Source: Oligoflexales bacterium
Lineage (GTDB): Bacteria > Bdellovibrionota_B > Oligoflexia > Oligoflexales > JAPPIL01
Direction of reading: 5' to 3'
Assembly (NCBI GenBank): GCA_965215515.1
Contig: OZ244057.1
Coordinates: forward strand, 1,888,001-1,952,000
Length of the DNA: 64,000 bases
Positions 39,671-49,122 of the stretch are shown here, piece after piece. A program made the position numbers and the translations under genes. The notes below the pieces were generated by a model, which saw nothing but the letters and a program-made list of their open reading frames with translations, searched no databases and was not told the origin of the DNA. The first letter of the stretch is position 1. Each line of letters starts with the position of its first letter.

Positions 39671-40472
39671 GGGTTTCTGGTGCGTGCCAGTAATCCTGCT
39701 GTTCGTCTTGTGCGTGTCGCGGCCGAGTGTGGCGTGGCGCGCCCCCGATCATGAAATACTTACCCAGCGTGCCGTGCGGCTTTACGAGCGCTGCCATAAG
39801 TTGCGCTTCACCGTGACGGAGATCGCAGCGATGGTCGCAGGCAATGTCGGCGAGGACTACAACCTCGCGGTCAAATGGCTGAAAAATTCGCACTACTACA
39901 ACCCCGACAAGTGGGTACGCACGTTGTATCGTGACGACGCTGGCTATCGGGTGCAGTACTTGACGGAGAAGCTGTTGGCGGGGCGACAGCCGCAGCTGCG
40001 TATACTCGGTAAGATCATGCACTTCGTGCAGGATGTTGCTTCCCCTACGCATGTCGTGCCGATTGTGCACGACCTCAGGGATGGGTTTGAAAAGTTCAAG
40101 TTGCCTGCCGCGGCGATTCTTCCCCACACCCTGCCTTGTCCGCCCGCGGACGCGGCTGATCCTCACACTGTGCTTACGCGTGAGGCGCGTCGCACGCTAG
40201 CCAGTATGCGCGGCACTGCACAGGCAACCCGCGATGGCAGACCCTACGAGTTCTCGTGGACGATGTTCTGGAGTACAGGGCTGGGCAGTAGGTTCGGGTA
40301 CTACGGCTTCTTCGGCAACCGTTTTGGTGAGACGCGGCCGATCAAGATCATGGGACATATTTATCTTTTCCCGCCTGCGATTTTCCATGCCTACAAGCTG
40401 GTGCGATCACAGCAGGCGATCGCGGCGACAGCAGAGGTGCTGCATTGGTATCGTACGCAGGACGTGCCGTGA
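39651..40472 (+). CDS. Zinc-dependent phospholipase C / S1-P1 nuclease-like secreted protein
   Basis: Signal peptide then W...H (WRAPDH), HYYNP, HFVQD..PTH, FE. Confidence 0.7.
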   Translation: MCVSRTRGFWCVPVILLFVLCVSRPSVAWRAPDHEILTQRAVRLYERCHKLRFTVTEIAAMVAGNVGEDYNLAVKWLKNSHYYNPDKWVRTLYRDDAGYRVQYLTEKLLAGRQPQLRILGKIMHFVQDVASPTHVVPIVHDLRDGFEKFKLPAAAILPHTLPCPPADAADPHTVLTREARRTLASMRGTAQATRDGRPYEFSWTMFWSTGLGSRFGYYGFFGNRFGETRPIKIMGHIYLFPPAIFHAYKLVRSQQAIAATAEVLHWYRTQDVP

Positions 40473-40545
40473 TGTGCTTCGGCCTCTAGCCTCTCGTTAG
40501 TGCGATGTGATAGAATCAACCCATCGCTGCAGTGCGAGGCGGCAG

Positions 40546-41127
40546 GTGGCTATCTGCAATTTTGACGACAAAGAGATTCACTGTAAGGTTTTCTACTTCG
40601 GGACCGCGGGGGCGGGCAAAACGGAGAATCTGCGCTCCCTTTACCGTTCCACTGCACCGCAGCTGAAGACCGATCTGTTCGAGTTGGAAGCCGACGAACA
40701 ACCTAACCCGCTGTTTGATTTTTTGCCGCTGAAGCTCGGTGCGATTGACGGTTATCAGGTGCGTCTGCATGCTTTTGTTTTGCCCCCGCCTTATTTTGCT
40801 GCCACGTTTGATATTTTGCTCAAGGGTCTTGATGGTTTTGTCTATGTGGTTGACTCGGAGCTTATCGCTTTACCGCACAACCACGCATCTTTGTGTGCGA
40901 CGTTTGCTTTGCTGGAGGACAACGGCTACGTTGTTGAGGACTTACCGCAGGTGTATCAGTATAATCGCCGCGATGCGCGGCAGCCTGTTGCCCTCGACGT
41001 GCTGCATGCTACCTTCAATCCTCGTGCTCATCCGCACTACGAGGCGATCGCAGTGCGCGGCATCGGCACGCTTGAGTGCCTGCATAAGCTAGCCGAGCTG
41101 ATCGTCGCGAAGATGCTCAGCAGCTGA
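40546..41127 (+). CDS. MglA-like small GTPase, divergent
   Basis: KEIHCKVFYFGTAGAGKTENL, LFDFLPL, LKGLDGFVYVVDS, QYNRRD, EAIA..G.G. Confidence 0.85.
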   Translation: MAICNFDDKEIHCKVFYFGTAGAGKTENLRSLYRSTAPQLKTDLFELEADEQPNPLFDFLPLKLGAIDGYQVRLHAFVLPPPYFAATFDILLKGLDGFVYVVDSELIALPHNHASLCATFALLEDNGYVVEDLPQVYQYNRRDARQPVALDVLHATFNPRAHPHYEAIAVRGIGTLECLHKLAELIVAKMLSS

Positions 41128-41564
41128 TGCGTTGGCCTGCGCGGGTAACTACCCCTGCCTTGTTGATTTTGCCTGTACATAGAGATACACGTGGCGTGTA
41201 TACCCTCTACTGCGAGACCGATGAACACGCGGGTCTTGTGGTCGCGACACGAGCGGGGGTTTTTTTGCGCGAGCAGGTACTTGCCGCGTTGCGTGCACGT
41301 CTTGGCACGAGTTACGGTTATGAGTTGCAGACGGATTTCTTTGTGCAGGGGGAGTTGTGCGGGGTGGCGGTGAGTGCAGTTTTGGTGTCTATACAGGGTG
41401 CAGTGCCCAAATTGCAGACAGGTGGTTTGCGCACTTTTGCCCAGTTCTTGCGGGTGGCGCACAAGTCCCGTGATCGTCTTATCTATTTGAAAGCATGGCA
41501 GTTTTTGGCAGGCATGGCCGAGGTCAAGGCTAAAGTGATCTCTTCTGCGGCGTGGTCGGAATGA
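41127..41564 (+). CDS. Hypothetical protein
   Basis: Translationally coupled (TGATG) to the MglA-like gene. Confidence 0.6.
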   Translation: MRWPARVTTPALLILPVHRDTRGVYTLYCETDEHAGLVVATRAGVFLREQVLAALRARLGTSYGYELQTDFFVQGELCGVAVSAVLVSIQGAVPKLQTGGLRTFAQFLRVAHKSRDRLIYLKAWQFLAGMAEVKAKVISSAAWSE

Positions 41565-41618
41565 AACTTGCAGCACTCAGCGTGGGTGAGAAGTTTGCTC
41601 AGCAAAGGAGTGCATGCC

Positions 41619-42455
41619 GTGCTTTACTTTCGTATTTTCTTTTTTATCCTCTCGTTGGTGTGGACGAGTCCCTTACTTGCCTACAATTTTAGGTGTGATA
41701 AGGGAATGAACAACTGTCTGGTCGATGACCAAAGTCTTACTGTCGGTGATTACGCAGGGTTTTTTGACCGTGATGGTCGTCTCGTGGCGGTGGGTAGAAT
41801 TGTGGCCATCAAAAACGGCCATCGCAAACTGGAGATCAGCGAAACCTTCAATCGTATTAATCGCAGTATGCGGGTGAGGCTGATCACAAAGGGAGATTAT
41901 CGGCGTTTGCGGGAACGTTTTCAGCTCCCGCGGCGCATGTTCCCGAAAGCGTTGGGATTAGCGGTGGCGGCGGCCAGACTGCGCTTGATGGGTGGTTTCA
42001 ACGGGCAGGAGTACAACATTTTCTTCACGGGGCGCCTCAGCGATGGCTTAAGTGTTGTTTTTCGTTCTGTCTACGCGATTGTTTCAGGGACGGCAACTGA
42101 GCAGGGGTACGACGGAGCACTTTATTATAGCCGTGAGCAAGACACTACCGTTCAGGGCTTGGGTTTAACTACAGGCATCTCTTACGAGGCATTGCCGCAC
42201 AACATTATCTCCTTTCGGGGTGAGTTTGGTTTGGGTTTGATGTCGGTCAGAACCAGTGTGGGAGAGACTCCTTCTCTGCATAATGTTAGACTCGACGACA
42301 AAATACAGGATGGGGCAAACATGTTGATACGAGTCTCTGGCTCGACATTGCTCAATATTACCCACGACTGGCATCTTGAGTTGATGTTGACTGAAAACTA
42401 CATCCTCCGCTCCCACATGACCAGTCTTGGTTTCGGTGTTATCAAGGACTTGTAG
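41619..42455 (+). CDS. Secreted protein, possible C-terminal outer-membrane beta-barrel
   Basis: AAGGAG SD, signal peptide, alternating beta-strand pattern. Confidence 0.65.
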   Translation: MLYFRIFFFILSLVWTSPLLAYNFRCDKGMNNCLVDDQSLTVGDYAGFFDRDGRLVAVGRIVAIKNGHRKLEISETFNRINRSMRVRLITKGDYRRLRERFQLPRRMFPKALGLAVAAARLRLMGGFNGQEYNIFFTGRLSDGLSVVFRSVYAIVSGTATEQGYDGALYYSREQDTTVQGLGLTTGISYEALPHNIISFRGEFGLGLMSVRTSVGETPSLHNVRLDDKIQDGANMLIRVSGSTLLNITHDWHLELMLTENYILRSHMTSLGFGVIKDL

Positions 42456-42607
42456 GCACTGTTGGCCACCCACCTCGTTAATTTCTGCGGACAAAGCAAG
42501 CTTGTTCTGTCCGCAGGGGCTACTGCGGTGCTGTGTTGGGACGTAATTATCGTGGTTACGATGTGCGGGGGGAGATAACTGTGTTCTCTGACGTGCTGGC
42601 TGAATAA

Positions 42608-42858
42608 TCAGGGTCGTCGCAGCACCACTGCAAAATGTCCGCGCAGGGGTAAATCGCCTATCTTTACGTCGTGTGGCGACTGCTCGATAGCGACGATCTG
42701 AGCACGGTATTTGTGTCGCAGCCAGCTATGTACATCTCTTGCCAACAGGTGTTCGCCACGTTGCTGGTGTCGTCCTTTGCCTGTGATAATCTTGACCCGT
42801 ACGTTGTTCTTGCTGACAACAACCCGCCGCAATAAAGCGTCTATCCGCTGTTGTGATT
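42608..42858 (-). pseudogene. Smr/MutS2-domain gene, 3' remnant
   Basis: SQQRIDALL..VKIITGKGRH..GHFAVVLR; the N-terminal DLHG part is replaced by the IS. Confidence 0.75.
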
Positions 42859-42953
42859 CCTGAGTTCCGCAGGTAAATTTCCCAACATACTGTAATTACA
42901 GGGATGTGCTTCCTGTGTAGGGCACTACATGTGCGCAAGTTTTGCGCAGTAGT

Positions 42954-44609
42954 TTAGAGCTTAAAGGGTGCAGAGGAGCATTTCAGTCCGACGATGCGGT
43001 AGAGGTTTTTGGCCCGCGGGGAAGCTTTCATGTTAGGCATGCCATACAACTCTCCTGTCTTGATATGCCGCAACAGGGTAAATCTTGTCCGCCTGAGCGT
43101 GTCGCACAAATTCTCACAGCTGATCGTCTCGCCTTGCCGCATCCTGTAACGACACATTAACTGACGGACAAGGGCATAGGTGATAAAACATATATCCAGA
43201 TGTGCCCTGAGACGATCGCCTTTGCGGTGGAATATGGGACGCATTTTGAGATCGTGCTTGGAGATGCGAAAAGCCTCTTCGATCTCCCACAGGCGACGGT
43301 AAGAGGCTATTACCTTCCCCGCGGGCTGCTTGGAATTGGTAATGTACCCGCTGATGCCATCCCAGGCAGCATCACTGGCTGCCTTGTCTCGATTGATTTT
43401 AGCTGTCTTCTTGCTCCCAGTACCGAATTGGAGATATTTTTTGCTGCCGCTGTTCTTGACCAGATCTTTCACCGCTACCTCACCCTCGACCTTAGCCATC
43501 CTCTCCAGACGATCTAACAAACGAGCCCTGTCCTTCCTGTCCTTCGCCGCCATGATAGGATTGTAGCAGGTGACCAGACGGCGACCGCCATATTCGCTCT
43601 CCTTATCCTGATAGCTGTCCTCACCCTCGCACTGCTGCGCATGGAGAGCAAGAATGCTATCCCTCGTCGCCTTGTTCATGCTCTTCAACCGCGCACCGAC
43701 CACGTAGGTAATACCTAGCTTATCCAGTGCTGCCAGATTGGCAGCACTGAACAAACCCCTATCCGCAGCAAACTCTACCGACGCAACATCGAACTTCTCC
43801 CGCAACTTCTCAATAACAGGCAACAGCGTCTTCACCTCATGTGTATCACCAGGAAATACTTCGTAGGTTATTGGCAGGCCATAGGTGGTGGTAATCAAGG
43901 CCACCACCACCTGTGTTTCCTTAAACTTACAATCCTTGCTGAAGCCAAAAGCATGCAACTCATCTTCAGTGAAACTCTCAAAATGTAGCGTGGTAACATC
44001 GTAAAACAAAACACTGACCTTCTCCTGCATAATGCCAAGCGTCGCTCTGCGGATCAGATCCTTGACTCTATCGCTGTCCAGCTGATCCATCATGCGATAT
44101 ATCTTATCGACGTGCATCCGCACACCGAAGTGGGTGGCAAGTTTGGCAGTAGATTTCAGCTTGCTGGTGGGCACAGCAAGCCTTGCTAGGACGCAGTTTT
44201 TCAAGATGCGATTATTGAGTTCAGCGTGTCGTCCTCTGAAAATTTTAGCTAAGCCAAGATCGTCGTAAAGCTTGCCATAGACATCGGGAATGCCACAGAC
44301 GAAAGTGTCCTCACCCTCTAATGACTGCAGCCCTACATCCTCAAAATCTTCGTTGCGTTGCCCCTTGTCGGACGAAGGAGTGAACGGCTGATCGCTGAAG
44401 AGGGGGGAGCTGTCATGCTCCATGCGCTGCATGATTGTTGCGGCAAGGGCGAGAAGATCTGGTAGTTCGCGGGGATGCTTGGCAGTGCCGACGTGTCGCA
44501 GGACTTTCTGTTTGGGTGTGTCATTTTTTTTCCTCCCCGTCCGCCTGTTCTCGACGATTTGCACTGCAATGCTGCTAGATCTGGGGGATGTTTTCTTACG
44601 TACAAACAT
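42954..44609 (-). CDS. IS1634-family transposase
   Basis: FYDVTTLHFE, GFSKD, ADRG, Y..LWEIEEAFRISK..RPIFH..AH. Confidence 0.95.
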   Translation of the reverse strand: MFVRKKTSPRSSSIAVQIVENRRTGRKKNDTPKQKVLRHVGTAKHPRELPDLLALAATIMQRMEHDSSPLFSDQPFTPSSDKGQRNEDFEDVGLQSLEGEDTFVCGIPDVYGKLYDDLGLAKIFRGRHAELNNRILKNCVLARLAVPTSKLKSTAKLATHFGVRMHVDKIYRMMDQLDSDRVKDLIRRATLGIMQEKVSVLFYDVTTLHFESFTEDELHAFGFSKDCKFKETQVVVALITTTYGLPITYEVFPGDTHEVKTLLPVIEKLREKFDVASVEFAADRGLFSAANLAALDKLGITYVVGARLKSMNKATRDSILALHAQQCEGEDSYQDKESEYGGRRLVTCYNPIMAAKDRKDRARLLDRLERMAKVEGEVAVKDLVKNSGSKKYLQFGTGSKKTAKINRDKAASDAAWDGISGYITNSKQPAGKVIASYRRLWEIEEAFRISKHDLKMRPIFHRKGDRLRAHLDICFITYALVRQLMCRYRMRQGETISCENLCDTLRRTRFTLLRHIKTGELYGMPNMKASPRAKNLYRIVGLKCSSAPFKL

Positions 44610-44615
44610 GCCCTC

Positions 44616-44644
44616 ATCGTAGCACCCCCCACAACCTCTGTCAA
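44616..44644 (-). promoter_or_regulatory. Sigma70-like promoter of the transposase (probably leaderless)
   Basis: TTGACA-17 nt-TACGAT ending 6 nt before the ATG. Confidence 0.55.
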
Positions 44645-44754
44645 TAGAAAAAGTTGATCAGGCACTACAAAAAAGGAAGACAGACAAAACACCGCAAAAT
44701 CAGGCCTTCCGTCGCCCAAAAATTAAATTAAGCGCCCTACCCACGGAACTCAGG

Positions 44755-44874
44755 AAGAACAAAGAGGCTGTTACTGCTCTGCGTGAGATCGCCGAGGGGC
44801 GTATTCTGCCGCTCACTCCCCTGCCACGGGAGGATACCGCGGCGGACACCGACCGCGTGGCGACGGAGAAGTAG
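44755..44874 (+). pseudogene. rpoZ: RNA polymerase omega subunit, 3' remnant
   Basis: Manual translation KNKEAVTALREIAEGRILPLTPLPREDTAADTDRVATEK*; K..V.ALREIA.G is the RpoZ signature. Confidence 0.75.
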
Positions 44875-44875
44875 A

Positions 44876-46684
44876 TCAGGTAGGTGTGTCTGTCGGGCGC
44901 TCCTGCACGGGCACGGTCTGTTCGTACCAGCGCAGGAAGGTCTGTCCGTCGATGGACAGGAAGCCTGCGACTCTCTCTCTCCTTGAGATAGTGGTGCGCA
45001 GGTCGTGCTGTTCCAGAAACCTGCGCAGTTGTTCCATCTCCCGCTCCTGATAGGGGAGGTGGAAAAATCTTACGCGAAAGTCCTGTTCGATGCCTCGTAC
45101 CTGTAGGTAAACTTGATCGAGATTCTCGCTTGGGTGCACGACCTTGCCCGACATGCTCAGCGCTTGGGGAGGATGTACAGGCATCGGCGCACTGTTGGAG
45201 AATAACACGTCATCGTAGCTGGTGTTGTTGCGCACATAATCGCCTAGCACCACATAAGCGAAGTCAGGAGGGCGGAAGAAATGGGTCACCAGATGGCGAT
45301 CGAAAATCTGCAGGTAGACGTAAAGGGTCATGCCCGCTAAAGACAGTGCTGTTACGGCGTAGATGTCAAATTTGCCCGCCAGCTTTGCGACAACGAAGCG
45401 GTGGGGCTTGCCCCGCAACTGCAAAACCAAAAGCGGCAGGACGATGAAACTTGCCGACAGTGCCAAGCTGAATTTCAGCACGGAGAAGGGATGATCCCAG
45501 GCGTGGTGAGGGAAAAACAGCGTGTGCAACAGGCAAGGGACGAACAGTGCCACGTAGGTGGTGACAACGATGCGATCGAACTTTACGCGCGCGGTGGTGA
45601 GGCTACGCGCGCGTAGGACAGTGTAGAAGGTCGCATAAAGCAACAATACACCTGTCAAACCATATCCCTCCTGCAACCAGGTGTAGAGAGAACGCAGCAG
45701 GTAGTGATAGTGCCCCAACCCGTGGTGGGGCGTGTGGCCGTCGCTACCTGTGAGCACCACAAACAGGTTCTGTGCGCTGAAAGACGACACTTGCCACACC
45801 CACATACCCACCGCTAGCAGCGCGGGTGCGAAGAAGGCACAGCTACCCGTGATAAAGCGTAGTGTTGTGCCCGCGCTGCGTGGCTGAGCGATGTCTTTGT
45901 GTATCAGACGCAACACAAAGACGGTCACGGCGACGAACAGAAACAGCCAATCGGTGAGCACGCCGTAGAACAACAGCAGCGGTTGTAGCACTCGTACTGT
46001 CGTATTGACCGCACGGGAAGTCTCGCTCAAGCGAAGCTGTTCGAAAACAACGAACGCCAAATAAGGCAACAATACTGCCGAATCGAAAGTGTAGAGGACA
46101 TGATGCCAGTATATACTGGCGGCGTTGTGCAATTGAATCACAGCAGGGATACAAGCCAGCACCGCAGCGTTGAAGAGATCAAAGCCAAGCTGGCGTAGGA
46201 CTAAGAAGATGGAGAAACACAGCAGTGTCGCTAACAAGAAGTGAAGGAAATAGTTGTAGGCGATGAGGGCAAGCAGTTGCTTGGAACGGGCCTCGGCAAA
46301 ATTATCCACCAAGCCCAGGCCATCTATGGTGCGAAAAAGCAGGTAGACGGGCAACATAGCACCAGGGGGGTAGGTGGGGTAAAGGGAACGCTGGTCAAGG
46401 CGGCTAAATTCCACCGAACGCGGCGCTTTGAAGAGGGCGAAGCGTAAATTCCCTGCGCCTTCTTGCCACCAGTTGTTGACGAAAACTAGGGTGCTCGCTG
46501 TTTTGCTCTCATGGCGAGCCTTACAACCTTCGCAAACCCGCAGTGTGCCTTGTGAATAGGTCGCATGAAGTTTGTTCTCACGCAAGGCTACACTGTTGAG
46601 AAACAGCAAGACACAGAAGGAAGCGATCAGCAGCAAGCATAACAGCAACTTTTTGCGAGGATCGAGATCACGAAAAGGAACCAC
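44876..46684 (-). CDS. Polytopic membrane protein (possibly GT-C glycosyltransferase-like)
   Basis: 602 aa, many TM segments, N-terminal loop YPTYPPG. Confidence 0.65.
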   Translation of the reverse strand: MVPFRDLDPRKKLLLCLLLIASFCVLLFLNSVALRENKLHATYSQGTLRVCEGCKARHESKTASTLVFVNNWWQEGAGNLRFALFKAPRSVEFSRLDQRSLYPTYPPGAMLPVYLLFRTIDGLGLVDNFAEARSKQLLALIAYNYFLHFLLATLLCFSIFLVLRQLGFDLFNAAVLACIPAVIQLHNAASIYWHHVLYTFDSAVLLPYLAFVVFEQLRLSETSRAVNTTVRVLQPLLLFYGVLTDWLFLFVAVTVFVLRLIHKDIAQPRSAGTTLRFITGSCAFFAPALLAVGMWVWQVSSFSAQNLFVVLTGSDGHTPHHGLGHYHYLLRSLYTWLQEGYGLTGVLLLYATFYTVLRARSLTTARVKFDRIVVTTYVALFVPCLLHTLFFPHHAWDHPFSVLKFSLALSASFIVLPLLVLQLRGKPHRFVVAKLAGKFDIYAVTALSLAGMTLYVYLQIFDRHLVTHFFRPPDFAYVVLGDYVRNNTSYDDVLFSNSAPMPVHPPQALSMSGKVVHPSENLDQVYLQVRGIEQDFRVRFFHLPYQEREMEQLRRFLEQHDLRTTISRRERVAGFLSIDGQTFLRWYEQTVPVQERPTDTPT

Positions 46685-46720
46685 GCCTGCCCCTAGGAAA
46701 GTTTATCACGCAGTGGACAC

Positions 46721-48712
46721 TCATTCCACGATTGTATCATCCTTCGTGCGTGCCGACAAACAGCTGGCTACAACTTCGGCAATATCCTTGACTTCGACCT
46801 TGTCCTTCTTGCCCAGGGCAGCGATTCCGTCACGCACCATTGTCAGACAGAACGGACATGCGGTCGCGGCGGTCTGTGCGCCGCTGGCGATAATTTCCTG
46901 GGCGCGGTTTTCGTTAATGCGTGTGCCGCTTGTTTCTTCCAACCACATGCGTCCACCGCCTGCGCCGCAGCAGAAGCCTCGCTTACCCGCACGCGGCAAC
47001 TCGACGTAGTTATCTTGTGGCAATGCCTGCCGTGGGGCGGCAACCACATCGTTGTGGCGTGCTAGGTAGCAAGAATCGTGCAGGGTCATCTTGCCTAGAG
47101 CTGCACTCGCTTCTTTGTCGAGGGTTATTTTGTTTTCTTTTTTCAGCTGGGCGATTAGCTGGCTGTGGTGCAGCACCTCCTGTGCTTGGTAGCCGTAATC
47201 GGGGTATTCGTTGCGCAGTGTATTGAAACAGTGTGGGCAGCCCGTGATTATTTTTTTAACGTTATATTTCTTAAAATTGACGATGTTCTCTTCGATCTGT
47301 ACGTTCGCGAGATATTCGTTCCCCAAGCGTCGTGCCGTATCACCGCTGCATTTTTCTTCACAACCGAGAATGGCAAAGGACACCTTTGCCTTTTGGAGAA
47401 TTTTGACGATCGCGCGTGAAACTTTTTTGTAGCGTTCATCGAACGACCCTGCGCAACCGACCCAGAACAGATAATCTGCCCGCTTGACATCTTTCAGTTG
47501 TTGTACCTGCAATCCCCTTGCCCAATCCGCACGGCTAGCACTGCTGAATGCCCAGGGGGTGGAGTTGGTTTCGAGGTTACGAAACGTGTCGGTTAGCTGG
47601 GAGGGAAAATTCCCTTCTGTCAGGGTCAGATAACGGCGCATATCGACGATAGGGGCGATATGTTCGATGTCGAGGGGACAGGCTTCCACACATGCCCCAC
47701 AGGTTGTGCAGGCCCATAGCTCGTCGTGCGTGACGATTTCGCCCAGCAGTTGGCGGGGTTCTGCCTGTTGGCTAGCGAGGGCGGCCTCTTTGAGGTGATG
47801 AATCATCAGGCGAGGGTCGAGAGTCTTGCCTGTCGTCGTTGCTGGGCATTGTTCCGTGCAACGCCCACATTCGACGCAGGTAAACCCATCGAGCAGTTGT
47901 TTCCAACTCAACTCCTGTACCTTGCCCGCCCCAAAACTCTCCGCCTCTTCGTCGATGTGTAGGGGTCGTAAACGCCCGCTGCTGTATTTGCTTTTGCAGA
48001 ACATGTTCGCCCACACCCACAACAGATGTTGATGCTTGGAGAAAGGCAGATAGACGATAAAACTGAACAGCACTGCACAGTGTACCCACCAAAAACTTTG
48101 GTAAGCGAACTGCACACCTGCAGGTGATAACGATGTGTGCAGTGGCTGGGTAAGGTGGAAAGCGAAGAGCAGTCCTATACCGCGGTGATCGTGCAAACCG
48201 AGTACCAACAAGGCAGTGCTGACCAGCGCGAAGATCAGGCCGAGAATGACAAAGGCATCGATACGCGCGGCACGTGTCAAACCTTGCAGGCGTGGTGGCG
48301 GAAAAAAAGCGCGTCGTGCTACTGCGTAGATAACAGCTAGGGCGACGAGCAGGTTACCCCAGTCTTGGCTGGCGAGAAAGAGGAGGTGCAGTGTGCCATC
48401 ACCGAGCAGATCGCGCAGGCTGTAGTTGCTGATCCCCTGCAGCATGGTTTCCAGTGTGCCTAGCGATACAACCAAGAAACCGTAGAAAATGAGGTAGTGC
48501 ATGATGGCGGCTTTCTTGTCGGTCAGCATCTTCGGTTGTAGAAAACCGTTGGCTAGCACGTATTTGCAACGGGCGAGAGGCACGTCACCGCGTGCATCTT
48601 CCTCGCCTTTGCCGAGGCGCATAAGCTTTATGGTGTCACGCAAGCGGTAACAGAACACCCCCAATGTTGTCAGCAGGAAAAAAATGAAAATGTAGTTTTG
48701 CAGCAACATCAC
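46721..48712 (-). CDS. Membrane-bound Fe-S oxidoreductase (FadF/HdrD-like, CCG domains)
   Basis: CVECGRCTEQCP, CTTCGACVEACP, GCPHC, HDSCYL, FCCGAGGG, ACPFC. Confidence 0.93.
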   Translation of the reverse strand: MMLLQNYIFIFFLLTTLGVFCYRLRDTIKLMRLGKGEEDARGDVPLARCKYVLANGFLQPKMLTDKKAAIMHYLIFYGFLVVSLGTLETMLQGISNYSLRDLLGDGTLHLLFLASQDWGNLLVALAVIYAVARRAFFPPPRLQGLTRAARIDAFVILGLIFALVSTALLVLGLHDHRGIGLLFAFHLTQPLHTSLSPAGVQFAYQSFWWVHCAVLFSFIVYLPFSKHQHLLWVWANMFCKSKYSSGRLRPLHIDEEAESFGAGKVQELSWKQLLDGFTCVECGRCTEQCPATTTGKTLDPRLMIHHLKEAALASQQAEPRQLLGEIVTHDELWACTTCGACVEACPLDIEHIAPIVDMRRYLTLTEGNFPSQLTDTFRNLETNSTPWAFSSASRADWARGLQVQQLKDVKRADYLFWVGCAGSFDERYKKVSRAIVKILQKAKVSFAILGCEEKCSGDTARRLGNEYLANVQIEENIVNFKKYNVKKIITGCPHCFNTLRNEYPDYGYQAQEVLHHSQLIAQLKKENKITLDKEASAALGKMTLHDSCYLARHNDVVAAPRQALPQDNYVELPRAGKRGFCCGAGGGRMWLEETSGTRINENRAQEIIASGAQTAATACPFCLTMVRDGIAALGKKDKVEVKDIAEVVASCLSARTKDDTIVE

Positions 48713-49122
48713 CTTACCTCATAGTAGCTAAGATACGTTTCGTAGCGAATACGGGCGGCTTGTGCTTTGCTGCATACGTCAACCATTTGCTCGATGTAAG
48801 CGAGGTAACGAGGGTCGGTCAGTGCCTTGCGCTTTGCTCGTGCGGCGCTGTGTTGACGGCGGTACTCGTCTACCAGTTGTTGCAAACGCCCTCGCAACAA
48901 CTCGCGCATGCGCCGACATATCTGCTGGGCATCGCTTGCCACGTACCCTTGTGCTGCGGCTTGCTGGCGTAGCTCGTGTCTATCGCCGCGCGGCAACCAC
49001 GAGGCTTTCGCTTCTTCTCCGCTTCTGGTCGTGCTCTCGTCGGCGAACATCTTCTCGCTCACATGAATGATTGCCAGCACAGGGGAACGTGTATCATCTG
49101 ATAGCTCTGCGGAGGTAAGCAT
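48709..49122 (-). CDS. Hypothetical protein
   Basis: Fills the gap between co-oriented genes; helical; start uncertain. Confidence 0.55.
   Translation of the reverse strand: MLTSAELSDDTRSPVLAIIHVSEKMFADESTTRSGEEAKASWLPRGDRHELRQQAAAQGYVASDAQQICRRMRELLRGRLQQLVDEYRRQHSAARAKRKALTDPRYLAYIEQMVDVCSKAQAARIRYETYLSYYEVR

Larger units (their letters stand above)
42857..44756 (-). mobile_element. IS1634-family insertion sequence
   Basis: 13-bp perfect IR TTCCTGAGTTCCG / CGGAACTCAGGAA enclosing the transposase; no target duplication visible. Confidence 0.92.
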
